Origin: Mobula hypostoma | Lineage: Eukaryota | Assembly (NCBI RefSeq): GCF_963921235.1 | Contig: NC_086097.1 | Span: 206,338,001 to 206,402,000, forward strand | Length of the DNA stretch: 64,000 bases | Direction: 5' to 3' | Shown here: one piece after another, positions 37,141-49,170 of the stretch | Numbering within the stretch: position 1 is the stretch's first letter | How the letters are laid out: every line of letters begins with the position of its first letter | Program-made: the position numbers and the translations under genes | The notes under the pieces: model-generated | What the model was told of the DNA's origin: nothing | What the model saw: only the letters and a program-made list of their open reading frames with translations | The model's database searches: none

Positions 37141-40100
37141 ACATCACAGCTGTTTAAGGTAATGCTTCATCTGGTGTACCAGTGACATTCAGGAAAGACT
37201 GAATGACGACCGGGAATAGACTGGTGACAGCTGAAGAGACAGATGGCATCCAGGAAAGACTGGAACTGAGGCATGAAGGGCCAGCAACCCGACATGATGC
37301 CTTTGGAAAAAGGCACCTCCAAGTAGCTACGAGTACAGAAACAAGAGGATACCCTCAGGTCTTCTGAGAGGGAGGGAGGATGAAGGACCCAACAGGATGG
37401 ACCAAACAGAAACGACACGGCTTGGACAGTGGACTTTGACCGGAACAAACCTGACACAGCCAAGATGCCACTGTGGCAAACTCCGTAAGAACCTCAGGGG
37501 ACTCAGGATCCACTAAGCGAAATCTAAGTGTCGGACTGGTGAGAGGCAGGAGGAACACACAGCAGTGGCTGGTGAGACGGTGGAGGACCACAGTCAGGAA
37601 CAACCCCATCGTACTGAGGACCTTCAGCCTACTGCTTCAACCCAGGAACACAGGAGGGGATCAACTGATGGGTTGAGGGAAACCCGTGTGAGACTTCCAG
37701 AGGAGAGGAAGGAGAGGGTGAACTGGCCCCCAGTGAACAGTGGTGAGTGGGAGAAATTTGACGAGGACATGGACAGACTTCCTGAGATGATACTCATAGG
37801 TCCTGTGGAGAAGAAGCTTGAGAATATGTGCAGGTTGGTGTACTCCATTGGAGAAGACTGATTTGGTGTGGTGGAGAAGATAAAGGAGAAGAGAGTTTAT
37901 CAGCCTAGCAGACGAGTGAGGGAGATAACCTGCATAAGATGGGAAATTAAAACACTCTCCAACAGGTACAGAAGAGACAGTGTAGAAGAGAGAGAAGGAC
38001 TGAGGCAATTGAGACAAGACCTGAGAAGGAGGTTTAAAGAATTTCAGAATGTGGAAAGGATAAGGAAGAACAAGCATGAGAAGAATAGGAAAAGGGCTGC
38101 TTTCATCAGGAACCCTTATCCTTTCTGCAAGTGTGTTAGGAGGGGAAAGATCAGGCAAACTGGAGAAACCAAGAGAGGAAGTGGAGGCATACCTGCAGGA
38201 AACACACTCAGATGAAAGACAAGACCTGCCACTGGGGGAAAACAGCAGGACTGAGCCAGTGCAGCAGCCGCAGAAACCTCTAGATGAGAAAGAGCCAACA
38301 CTGAAAGAAGTAGGAGAAACCATCAGAAGGAGGGGGCAGGTGCAGCACCCGGGCCCAATGGGATCACATATAAAGTCTACAAGAAGATCCCAAAGCTTCT
38401 CAAAAGGATGCGGAGGCCGATGAGAGTCATCTGAAGGAAGGGCCAGATACCACCTTGCTGGCAAGTGGCTGAAGGATGCTTTGTGCCAAAAGAGGAAAAC
38501 TCAACTGAGATCAAGCAGTTCAGAACCATTTCCCTCCTCAACGTCGAAGGAAAAATCTTCTTTGCTGTTCTAGCAAGAAGGATGACATCATACATGGTAG
38601 AAAACCAATACATAGATACGGCAGTGCAAAAGGGAGGGATTCCTGGATTCCCAGGACGTGTGGAACACACAAGTGTTATATCCCGGCTGTTAAAGGAGGC
38701 CAAGGCAACCAAAGGGAACCTGACGGTTGTGTGGTTGGATTTAGCCGATGCCTATGGTACAGTGCCACACAAGCTCATCGAGACAGCACTGAAACACTAC
38801 CATATCCTGGAGAAGGTCACCAAGATCCTGGCAAGCTACTTCGAGGGAATTCACCTGAGGTTCAGCGTGCAGGACTATGTAACATCATGGCAGCGAGTAG
38901 AGAAGGGTATTGTGACTGGCTGCACTATATCAGTAATCCTCTTCGTCATGGCCATGAATCTACTTATAGAGGCTGGGAAAAGAGACAAGCTCTAATATCA
39001 GACAGCCGTCAAGCAGAGGATTTATGGATGACCTTACAATTATAACCACAACACATAACCAGGTCAGATTGGTACTCCAGGCAATGGACGAGACAGCCAC
39101 ATGGGCGCAAATGAAATTTAACCCTGCCAAATCAAAGTGTTTGGTGATAAAGAAAGGCCAACTTACCCAGAAGTTCACTTTGAAGATCCAGGATGAGGAA
39201 ATCCCATCTGTCATAAGAAAGCCCATCAAGTGCCGAGGGAAATGGTATGATGACAGCCTGAAGGATGTCAACAACAGCAGCCGCCTGGAGCAACAAACAT
39301 CGCAAAGGCTGGTAAAGATCCACAAATCAGGTTTACCAGGAAAGTTTAAGGCATGGATCTTCCAACATGGGCTCCTACCCAGACTAATGTGGCCAATGAT
39401 GCTGTATGACATCGCCCTGTCAACGATCGAGGGCACGGAGAGGAAGATAAACCAGTATCTGAGAAGGTGGTTAGGAGTACCGCAGTGCTTCTCTTCCACA
39501 GGGCTATACAGCAAGTCAGCCAAGCTCCGGTTGCCCCTCTCCTCAGTTGTAGAGGAATTTAAAGCAGGGAAAGCACGCCTCATCATGACCCTCAAAGACT
39601 CCAAGGACGACGAGGTCAGTGAAGCAGGAGTCAAGATGCAGACAGGGAGCAAATGGAAGGCAGCAGAAGTGGTAGAAGAAGCAGAGTCCCGATTTCGCCA
39701 CAGAGATGTTGTCGGGACAGTGTGTAAGGGCAGACAAGGCCTAGGATGTGAATCAACAATCAGGTGGAGGGAGGCCAACCCTAAGGACAGACGGCACTTG
39801 GTCCAGCGGGAGATAAGGAAGAAAGAGGAGGAGGCTAGATATGTGCGAGCAGTAGAGATGGGAAGTCTAGGGACCTGGACAAAATGGAAAACGGAACAGA
39901 GAGTGTTGACATGAGATGACATATGGAAATATACATCTTTTCAACTCCAGTTCCTACTGAGGGCTGTGTTCGATGTATTACCAACTCCAACAAACCTGCG
40001 GAACTGAAGAATAACAGAAAACTCAACGTGCCATCTGTGCCAGAAACCAGCCAAACCTAGAGCATACTTTTTCTTCATGCTATGTTGCCCTTTCCCAGGG

Positions 40101-40428
40101 ACGGTACAGATGGAGACGCGACCAGGTTTTGAGAGCACTCATCCACACTTTGGAGACAGAGAGGGAAAAGGACCACAAAAAGGACAGCCAACCAAACTTC
40201 ATCAACTTCATCAGGATCGGGGAACATGCTGCAGCAACAAACAAGCGTAGAGATGGTATCCTGAGTATGGCAAAGGACTGGGAGATGAAGGTCAATCTTG
40301 TAAAGAAGCTGGTGTTCCCACCAATCATAGAGATCACACTTCAACCAAACATTCTACTATTGTCAGAGAGTGCAAAGAAACTCGTGGTGATAGAGCTAAC
40401 AGTACCATGGGAGACCCGATGCCAAGAG

Positions 40429-40557
40429 GCTCACGAGAGGAAGCTTGCGAGGTAAGAAGACCTGGTCGCGGACTGCATACGGCAAGACTGGCAGACGTGG
40501 AACTTCCCTGTCGAAGTGGGGGTAAGAGGATTTCCCGCCATGTCATGCTGGAAGATG
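40429..40557 (+). repeat. 129-bp terminal direct repeat, copy 2
   Basis: Aligns to 36766-36894. Confidence 0.95.
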
Positions 40558-42336
40558 CATCAATACACGTCATAGTCTGGTATTGTGGTGCAGAAATCCT
40601 AGCTTCCCAGCAATGGGCTGGCCATTGAGACAGCAATGGAGATGCACATTCTTGCACTCTGTCTGTCCGTCTGTATCTCTACCAGCGTGCATTGATGCTC
40701 AAAAGAACAGAATTCCCACTCTCCCACATATCTTATCCTTCATCAAGGGTTCTAGCAGCACAACAAATTACAGGACAATGGGACTGTAAAATAAGTTCCT
40801 TTATTGGTAGTTTCCAGTAGACCTTCACTCCTGTGTGGACACTGGCCTATTTCTCAAGAATTGCAGGCTGTAGTTTTCTGCCTTGGTTTCTCACACATCT
40901 CATGGTTTGTCTATCATCTGTCCAGGATGTGGGAGAAAATATATAAACAAGGCCATAAGAAGACCTGTATCTGTGGCCTTGACACACTTCCAGCAGGCCT
41001 TCATCATCTGTGCAACTTTTCCATTCCTCTTAAATATTGGTGCTTTCTTCTCAAAACATAGGGGCTAAATTCTACTTGTTGATATTTGGATGGTAATTGT
41101 ATTCTAGTCTTAAATTGTTCATCATTCAACAGAAATCAACTATCCCAAAGCAGCATTCATCTAAATATTGGATGGCAACAATTACATTTAAAAAAAGCTT
41201 ATTTATAGGGATAATTTTAACCAGACCAGTCCTCTGAGAGACTGAGCAGATCAGGGCAACTCTGATTGACACCCTCCCTGGATGAATAATTGGTTGCAGT
41301 CAATAAAAATAACACCAGTCACCAACTTCACTAGCATTTCTCCCCATCTTTTGGCTTTCTTGCTCACCTGGTTAAACTGAACTTACTCTTCTCCTAAGCA
41401 TGGGTGGTAGAGAAATGAAACTGGTTCATATTGATGCAAACTGTGGATGTAATTTTCTTTATTTTCAGCACTTACAGGTGACTATTTAATTCATGTGGTC
41501 AACATTTGATCCACTACTGAGAAACTATTTTGGTACAAAAGACATAAAGGAATATCTCGAACAATATCATAAGGATATGGTATACAGTTACCTGTAAATG
41601 TTTCAAAATAGCATAGAAATAGAATAGATCAGGAACAAGGCAAATATTGGGATATATTTTGACAAACTTTACAGAAGATTTGCTTTCAATGCCTCAGATT
41701 GAGGAGGTGCTTGCAATGCCAACAGTGCTACAGACAAGTGGTATGCTAATAAACATACCCTATTGCCACTGGCAGGGGGATATTTGTTATTGCCGCTGGC
41801 AAGCTAATAATATTAAATTATAGTAAATTTAATATCATTTATTGCAAAGTTGTTAAATTGGTATTGCCATTGTAAGATGATAGACGAGAGTCTATTTCTG
41901 AAGAATTTTTAGAACTTTCACTTCATTCTGAATTGTCACTTGTAAATAATGCTAAAAGAATCTTGTCAAAGGAACTGAAGTTCTACACTATCAAAAAAAT
42001 GGAATAACTTTGATCTGAATTAGGTCCTGCAGCTTGTATGATAACCTTCAAGTGATGCCTCAAATGACATTCACATTGAATTATGAAGTAATACAGAGTC
42101 AAATGAGACAACCTATGAATAGAACATATGGGAGTATCCTAATCAACAGTGCAAGGGAAAAAAATCACAGGAGCCCTTTGATTAATAAATTTAGAAAACA
42201 AATATACCACAGGACATATTCTAACTCACAAAGAAAAAACATTATACCTAACACCACTGAATGTTTAAAATTTGTTTTACAAAATGTGTTTCATCAACTG
42301 AAATAAATATGCAAAATTAACAGGCAAGTATTTCTA

Positions 42337-42563
42337 CGTAAACAACAGGAATTATGCAGATGCTGGAAATTCAAGCAACACACATCAAAGTTGCTGGTGA
42401 ACGCAGCAGGCCAAGCAGCATCTATAGGAAGAGGCACAGTCGACGTTTCAGGCCGAGACCCTTCGTCAGATCCTGACGAAGGGTCTCGGCCTGAAACGTC
42501 GACTGCGCCTCTTCCTATAGATGCTGCTTGGCCTGCTGCGTTCACCAGCAACTTTGATGTGTG
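42337..42563. mobile_element. Young PLE-derived fold-back insertion: 91-bp hairpin with a 15-bp TSD
   Basis: Arms 42379-42469 and 42473-42563 differ at one position. TSD aggcaagtatttcta at 42322-42336 and 42564-42578. Hammerhead cores on both arms. Confidence 0.93.
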
Positions 42564-42611
42564 AGGCAAGTATTTCTAGTCACTTTTAACCGTCAGCTGC
42601 TGTCCTGTCAC

Positions 42612-42728
42612 AAGCACAAATATATGTGCACATTTAGACCTATTCAAGCATATGCATGCATGAGGACATATGCAGGCATAGATGTACATGTGATACATAT
42701 GTGTATATACACAAGCCATTCACACACA
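42612..42728. repeat. Degenerate alternating purine-pyrimidine (CA/TA/TG) tract
   Basis: tatatgtgcaca...catatgcatgcatg...atacatatgtgtatatacaca. Confidence 0.6.
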
Positions 42729-44148
42729 AAGGCAGATTGTAGCAAATTTATGACCTAATATAGTGTACAAGAATTTTGAGACTTTACAGTTTAAAAAATC
42801 CATAAAAACATTTTCATACAAGTGATTTTTGTGATTCTTCTTGTCCATAGCTTCTCTGTTACTGTACAGTGGTCCCTGATATATAGCCTGTACCTGAACT
42901 GTAGCCAGGGTGAGCAATTTTTGCAAAACAGGTGTACCAAATTCATGTTACCACAAGAGGGCAGTATTTTATATTACACTTCTATTTGCACGATTCTTAT
43001 AATTGATTGCTTTGTTGGTCATAAAAAATGCAATATAAAAAGTAAAGAATATATATATCCACAAAACACAGTAATAAGAAAATAAATTTATCAGAACATA
43101 AGAGACTAGAACAAAATAAAATCTGTTTGGAAATTCAGAAGGAAAACATAAATAATTTCTGTATGTTATTTGCATTTAGAGCCCAAAGGGAATTGTCATT
43201 TATTAAAAGAAAATGTATATTTCTTTTGTTCCATAATCCAGATAAGCAGAATAATTTTACATTTTTCCCCAGGAAACCATTTCATTAAATAGCATTGTTT
43301 GCATAATTAAAATTAACAAATTATTAAATTAAAAAGAATAAATAATAATGTATTATAAAAATAACCTAATCACTCACTTTTACAACAAATTATATAAAAA
43401 ACTGAAAACTGGTGCAAACATAAAATTTCTTAAGTAAGTGCAGTGTTTTCAATGCTGTCATCCCTTCCAATTTCTGTTTAAAAAGTCAATGCCCTATTAT
43501 AGACCTACATGAACTGGATATGAAAACTATTAAAAATTAGCACTACACAACATTCTTCCTTACTTATTGCACATGGTGCATGTGGTTGAAGATATTTTAA
43601 ATAAGCAGCCCTGAAATCATGCAATTGGATCTTAAGGTATATACATTTAGCGTGTCTGCAATTTGTCCCTCTGCTATTTTAGCAGGGTGTAAAACCATTT
43701 ATCTAAATAGGTTATCATCTCTGCTGAAGTTGCAGTGAAGGCCGTTTTAGGTGAATATATTGTGCTTCAAATGCAAACACTACATAATTCCAAGGCTGTT
43801 TCTTTTGTAAGTAGCGTGATGGTTGTACTTCCAAACTCTGCTTCTAAGTTGATTTCATACGGGGCTGTAACTCTGCGACATCATCTCAGAGTATTGACAA
43901 ACTGCAATGTTTTCTGATGCTTCAATGCATGTTACTTAGCTTTTGTTTATGATTACTTCAAGTTACAGCCCATTGGGGTTATTATTTTGTCTTGCTATGT
44001 GGCTGTTGTAAATATGGAGTTTGCATTTTCTAAGACATGCCACTATTACATGTGCGACAAACACTTGAAGCTGAAGTGTACTGCCTATGAGTAAAAAATA
44101 TCATTAGCATTTACAGAAGCAGCACCAGTAAACTGGCAGGGACAAGTT

Positions 44149-44289
44149 TTACACCTGGATACCCTTCACTGCTTGTTTTATGCTCTCCAGAAGGGCTTTG
44201 CTTTCAGGAGTGTAATTCCTTTCCAAGCTGCTGTACATGTCAGTCAGAGTGTTCACATACAAATCAAAATTCTGTTCGCTGATTGGTTC
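44149..44289 (-). CDS. ST18: ST18 last coding exon: [46 protein letters not shown]
   Basis: Acceptor ttttcacttag, TAA stop at 44149-44151. The [16 protein letters not shown] C-terminus is typical of ST18. Confidence 0.95.
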   Translation of the reverse strand, partial: EPISEQNFDLYVNTLTDMYSSLERNYTPESKALLESIKQAVKGIQV

Positions 44290-44504
44290 CTAAGTGAAAA
44301 ATTCACATTTAGCACAATGAATATAAATATAGTTCAAATTTAATGCAACAAGATTTTTCACAACATAAATCAAGAACTGGAGGAGCATTCGATTCTTGCT
44401 TCACTGAATGAGGATTTCTCACCGTTACCTTGGTGCTAATAACTGCAATTCAGCCACTGAATACTGACCAGCAAACCCATAGTGGCCCCGCTTTATTCAG
44501 CTCT

Positions 44505-44750
44505 ATGGAGCAACAAACAAGATGCTGGAGGAACTCAGGGGTCCAGGCAGCATCTGTGGAGGAAAATGGGCAGTTGATGGCTTGGGTCGGGACCCTTCAT
44601 CTGAACTGAAAGATAGAGGGTAGATAGCCAGTAGAAAAAGATGATAGGAAGTTGTGTAACAAGAGCTGGCAAGTGGTAGGTAGATCGGCAAATGGAGAAG
44701 AGAGTGGAAATAACGGCAAAGACTGGGAGGTCAGAGGCAGAGGCAACAAA
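44505..44750 (-). mobile_element. PLE terminal fragment with degenerate hammerhead
   Basis: cagttgatggcttgggtcgggacccttcatctgaactg. Confidence 0.7.
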
Positions 44751-44764
44751 CAACATAAACAATG

Positions 44765-45170
44765 AAAACATAAAACAATACAGCATAGGAACAGGCCTTT
44801 TGACCCACAATTTTGTGCCCAACCGATTAATCTATGATGCCTAATTAAACTAACACCTTCTGCATGCACATGGTTCACATCCCTCCATTCTCTTCATATC
44901 ATGTGCTATCTAAGAGCCTTTTAAACACTGATATCACATTTGTCATCACTGCAATCCCAGGCAGCCACCATTCTCTGTGTATTAAAAAAAATCCCTCACG
45001 CATCGCCTTTGAACTTTCAACTATGAATTTTCAAACTCCCCTTCAATGCATACCCTTTGCTATTAGACGTACTGACCTTGAGGAAAAGATACATGCTCCC
45101 TACTCTTTTTATACATCTGTTAATTTTATAAATTACCATCTGGTTGCCCCTCAGCCTTCACCGAGCCAGA
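44765..45170 (-). mobile_element. Old CR1 3' fragment
   Basis: Tail aaaacataaaacaatacagcataggaacaggccttt and ccattctctgtgt (reverse complement of TQR). Confidence 0.6.
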
Positions 45171-45204
45171 AGCAAAGTAGTCGATACAGCCTAGTCCATT
45201 ATAG

Positions 45205-45372
45205 ATAGCCCCCCACTACCACCATTGAGCACGTTTACGAGGAGCATTGTCACAAGAAAGCAGCATCCATCATCAAGGACCAACATGCAATGCTCTCTTC
45301 TCACTGCTGCCATCAGGAAGGATGTACGCGATCTTCAAGTTTCACACCACCAGCTTCAGGAATAGTTATTAC
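45205..45372 (+). mobile_element. Rex1/Babar 3' fragment
   Basis: KKAASIIKD...LFSLLPSGR...FRNSYY. Confidence 0.7.
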
Positions 45373-46725
45373 TGTAGTGTATTTAATATTTCAGTAATAT
45401 TGTGACTACATTGTTTGATTAAGCATTCTTTGTTTGTTCACATAATTCCCTACGGTTTAAATGTAAAAGTATGTGAATGGCAGATGTAATTACACCGCCA
45501 TGTCATATCTGAGTGCCTCACTAAAGAAATGAAACTATATACACAAGTATTCTGTGCTCCTGTGTGTTTATTTCAATGAGTTTTGGAGTCACAAAACATA
45601 AGAGTGGCAATGTGGAAGTTAAAAAATGAACCTGAGGCTACTACCTACCTGTCGAAGTGCAGCACATTTTTTCTTTGGAAGGAGAGAAAGAGAGAGAGAT
45701 GGTTGAGTTAAAAAATGGTACAAAATGGAAAAAAAATCATGAGTTCAAGGAGTACCAGGTGATAAAAATAAATTAACAGAAAAATAAATGGCTGGCTACA
45801 TCAGAAAGATAACAGTTAACTGGATGTATACTGAATGAACTTGGCAGTATTTTGAAGGAAATGAAATAGTCAATGAAAAACGACTGCCAGTGTTGCAAAG
45901 TGCAATAGGTGGAAAAGCATATTCTTTGCTTAGAAGTTTAACAGCTCCAACCAAACCAGCCGAAATGAAGCTTGCTGATATTGTGAACTTAGTGCAGGAA
46001 CACATAGAACATTGTTGAATGCTTTAGGTTTCATAATTGGAATCAAAAGGGGGAAGTCCATTTCAGCTTATGTGGGTGAATGGAAGAAATTGTCCAAGCA
46101 TTGTCAGTTCAGTGATGGGCTTAATGATGCACTGAGAGATCATGTAGTTTGTGGAATCCTGCAAGAAACAATTCAGAAACAGCTCCTAACTAAAGCAGAG
46201 CTTACATTTAAATGATCAATTGAAAATAGCTATATCAATGGAAACAGCAGGCAGAGGTGCAATTGAGATGCAGTCAGGGATGAAAAGGAGTGTGAACAAA
46301 ATTGCAACACCTAAGCAGAAACCTGCCTGGCTGAACAAATTGTGTCAACATTGTGGCAGGGGCCCACATACACGACACCAATGCAGACTTAAAGCTGAAA
46401 TTTACAGAAAATGCTACGAAGTAGGATACATACTAAGAGCATGTTGGACATAATAAATAAATGGACCGCACAGGGAATAGAAGAAGATAAAAAGTCAAGT
46501 TGCAGTTTTAACAAGAGCACTAATCTAAATGCTGTTGATGAAAATCTGATAATGATGAGAGTGACACAGAACTAGGTAGTCTTGAGATTTATGATGTGAA
46601 AACTAACAAGAGACAAGCAATATGACTTATACTAGAAGTGAACAGCAAATTAATTAAAATGAAATTTGACACAACCTTGGCTGTTTCAGTCATTACACAA
46701 AATAAGTTTGAACAGCATTTCAAAT
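45373..46725 (+). mobile_element. Gypsy LTR retrotransposon remnant (LTR, gag, start of protease)
   Basis: TG-starting LTR at about 45373-45600 and a decayed PBS (tggcaatg). Gag AYSLLRSLTAPTKP and LRDHVVCGI; CCHC knuckles CQHCGRGPHTRHQC; protease-like KFDTTLAVSVI. Confidence 0.82.
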
Positions 46726-46984
46726 AACTCACAGTGTTTAAATCTTTAGGCCTGAATGAGAAAATTTAAAATTTACTCTGTTGTGGATGTCTTTATAGTT
46801 GTTGCATATATTACTATGCAAAAGTCTTATCCACCCTATAACTTTTCTTTTAAATGTTTATTTTTTGTGTTCTGCATTTTGTCAGTAGGAAAAAAGCAAA
46901 ATTTAGATTTCCAAACATTTATTTTCCAAAATATTATAAGTTACAGAGAAATTTTAGTATTTCATTAAATAAAGTAACGTATAC

Positions 46985-47597
46985 GTTCGTGGCCTAAGGT
47001 AGAAAGAGTCAATTTTATAAAACCTAGCACATTTAGCCCCTCCTCCCCTACATTTACACACTTAGTCCAGCGGTCGTGGAGCATACGGATCCCTCCTTTG
47101 TAGAAGTCGGTGTCTTGGACCTCCAGAGAGTGGTCCACAGCAAGAGTGATTGATGTTCATGGCCTAAGGTAGAAGGAGATGAGTTATTAACTTCAAACTT
47201 TCTGCATAGTCACTCAAAGAGTTGAACTGCACATGCATGTAACAAGAACTGTATAACTCATCTCCTTCTACATTAGGCCACAAACTTATCATTCGCCCCT
47301 GCTGTGGAACACCTGGAGGTCCAAGACGTTCTCGTAACATGCACTTGCAGTTCAACCCTTTGAGTGATAATGCAGAAAGTTTGAAGTTAATAACTCATCT
47401 CCTTCTACCTTAGGCCACAAACTTATCAATCACCCCTGCTGTGGACCACTTCTACAAAGAAGGGATCCGTATGCTCCACAACCGCAGGACTATGTGTGTA
47501 CATGTAGGAGGGGACTATGTTGAAAAATAAATGTGCTAGGTTTTCTAAAATTGACTCCTTCTACCTTAGGCCATGAACCTACCAATTACCCCTCATA
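46985..47597. mobile_element. Palindromic mariner-type MITE with internally reiterated TIR modules
   Basis: Outer inverted repeat gttcgtggcctaaggtagaa ... ttctaccttaggccatgaac. Right end ...acccctcaTA resembles a mariner TIR plus TA. Long internal inverted arms. Confidence 0.75.
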
Positions 47598-47607
47598 AAG
47601 TAAAAGT

Positions 47608-47745
47608 CTAATCACAAACAAGGGAAAATCTGCGGATACTGGAAATCCAAGAAACACACACAAAATGTTGAAGGAACTCAGCAGGCCAGGCAGCATCTAT
47701 GGAAAAGAGTACAGTTGATGTTTCAGGCCGAGACCATTCAGCAGT
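47608..47745 (-). mobile_element. PLE terminal fragment truncated at the hammerhead
   Basis: cagcatctatggaaaagagtacagttgatgtttcaggccgagaccattcagcag. Confidence 0.75.
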
Positions 47746-47779
47746 TCCACTTTGCAAATAAAAAATTGATTACTTTGAA

Positions 47780-49170
47780 AGTATATGGCCCAGTACGTGA
47801 TTAAACAAAGATAACAAGCAGGTGATAATGATCAATGACTGAATGAATTGAATGAACTAAACTGATTAACTGAAACAGAAATGATGCAGAAGGCATCAAA
47901 CTGGGCGAAGGATAACCAAATTAAAAGATGAGGGTTCTGGAAGATGTGACATTTTAAGCTTCAAATTATCAACTATTACACCATGGCCAGAGTGAGCACA
48001 GCAACAAGACTCATGCTGGTCATACTGCATCAGCAAGGTCTCTCCCAAGCAGAAATTTAGTGGTAGACAGAAGTTTCAAGATTTGTTGTCCAAGCTCTTC
48101 TGAAGGAATACAAAGAAATGGACAAGGTTGAGGACCAGAAACACAATGGTTGGCCATGGAAACTGAGCGCAGCAGACAGGACAGACATCAAACTGACACC
48201 CCTTCTAAATCAGAAGAAGTCCCATTAGCTCTGAACTCACAGAAACTACTGGAACCCAAGTACACCCTTCTACAGTCCAGAGAAGTCTTGACAGAAGTGG
48301 ACTTTGTGGAAGAGTTGCTGTCAAAAAGCCTTTCACCCAAGTAAAAACAAATTCACCTATGAACAAATACACAAGGACTGGGGCACTGAATAATGGCAGC
48401 GAGTGATCTGAACTGATAGACAAAATTTGAAATTATTGCAACGCACATGAAAAATGCTGATGAATGCAGCAGGCCAGGCAGCATCTATAGGAAGAAGTAC
48501 AGTCGATGTTTTGGGCCAAGACCCTTCAAGACCCTGAAATTATTGCTGTTTGTTTGTAGAAGAGCTGGAAAGCTACATGAATGAGAATCTGCAGCCAACA
48601 GTGAAGCATGGCAGAGGTTCCCTGTAGGCTATGGACTTATTTCCACAACTGGAGTTGGTGATCTGGTCAGAATTAATGGAATCCCAAATGCTGAAAAGTA
48701 CAAGCAGATTCTCATCCATCGCGCGATACTTCAGGGAGGTGTCTGATTGGTCCCAACTTTATTCTGCAGCAGGACAATGACCCTAAACACAGGGCCAAGG
48801 TCATAGAGAACTATCTTCAGTGAAAAGAAGAACAAGGAGTTCTGCAACAGATGTATGGCATCCACAGAGCCCTGATCTCAAAATATCGAGACTGTCTGGG
48901 ATCACCTGGAGAGACAGGCGCAAGCAAGACAGTGAAACCTAATGGAAGAACTGTGGCAAATTGTCCAAGATTATTGGAATAACATTTCAGCCGATGACAG
49001 TTTTACCTAGGAGATTTGATGCAGTTTTAAAGGCAAAGTATGGTCTTACCAAATATTGATTTGATTTAATTTTTTTACTATTTATTGGTCTTTATAGTAA
49101 TTTTTTGATGTTTAGAAACTTTTCATTTCATTATTTTTGAAAGCATCTTTGCCTTACAAAATTTTTAACA
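47780..49170 (+). mobile_element. Tc1-like DNA transposon, transposase pseudogene
   Basis: MARVSTATR..., TVKHGRGS, FILQQDNDPKH, QSPDL; frameshifted. Confidence 0.85.
48440..48534 (-). mobile_element. Short PLE terminal insertion inside the Tc1, with a 12-bp TSD
   Basis: TSD tgaaattattgc at 48428-48439 and 48535-48546. Confidence 0.85.

Larger units (their letters stand above)
36766..40557 (+). mobile_element. HERO-like RLE-type non-LTR retrotransposon; decayed and circularly permuted
   Basis: RT motifs QFRTISLLNVEGKIFF, QKGGIPG, WLDLADAYGTVPH, GIVTGCTISVILF, FMDDLT. CCHC-like knuckle (CHLCQKP...H...C). RLE motifs QPNILL...IELTVPWE, PVEVGARGF, AERASSWLW. Several frameshifts and stops. Confidence 0.9.
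41820..44148 (-). other. ST18: Probable ST18 3' UTR, with candidate AATAAA signals at 43199-43204 and 41838-41843
   Basis: AT-rich, TE-poor sequence directly after the stop codon; tttatt on the + strand at both positions. The true transcript end is uncertain. Confidence 0.55.

Noticed and set aside
36766..40557. Interpretation as an LTR retrotransposon because of the terminal direct repeats
   Set aside because: The repeats are RLE coding sequence and lack TG...CA ends, PBS and PPT. The RT is non-LTR type and there is no integrase or RNase H.
41755..41840. Short direct repeat (tattgccRctggca) and AT-rich hairpin near the distal poly(A) candidate
   Set aside because: Too short and low in complexity to distinguish from chance.
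46985..47597. CRISPR-like repeat array
   Set aside because: The repeats are in both orientations with irregular spacing in a vertebrate genome; explained as a MITE.
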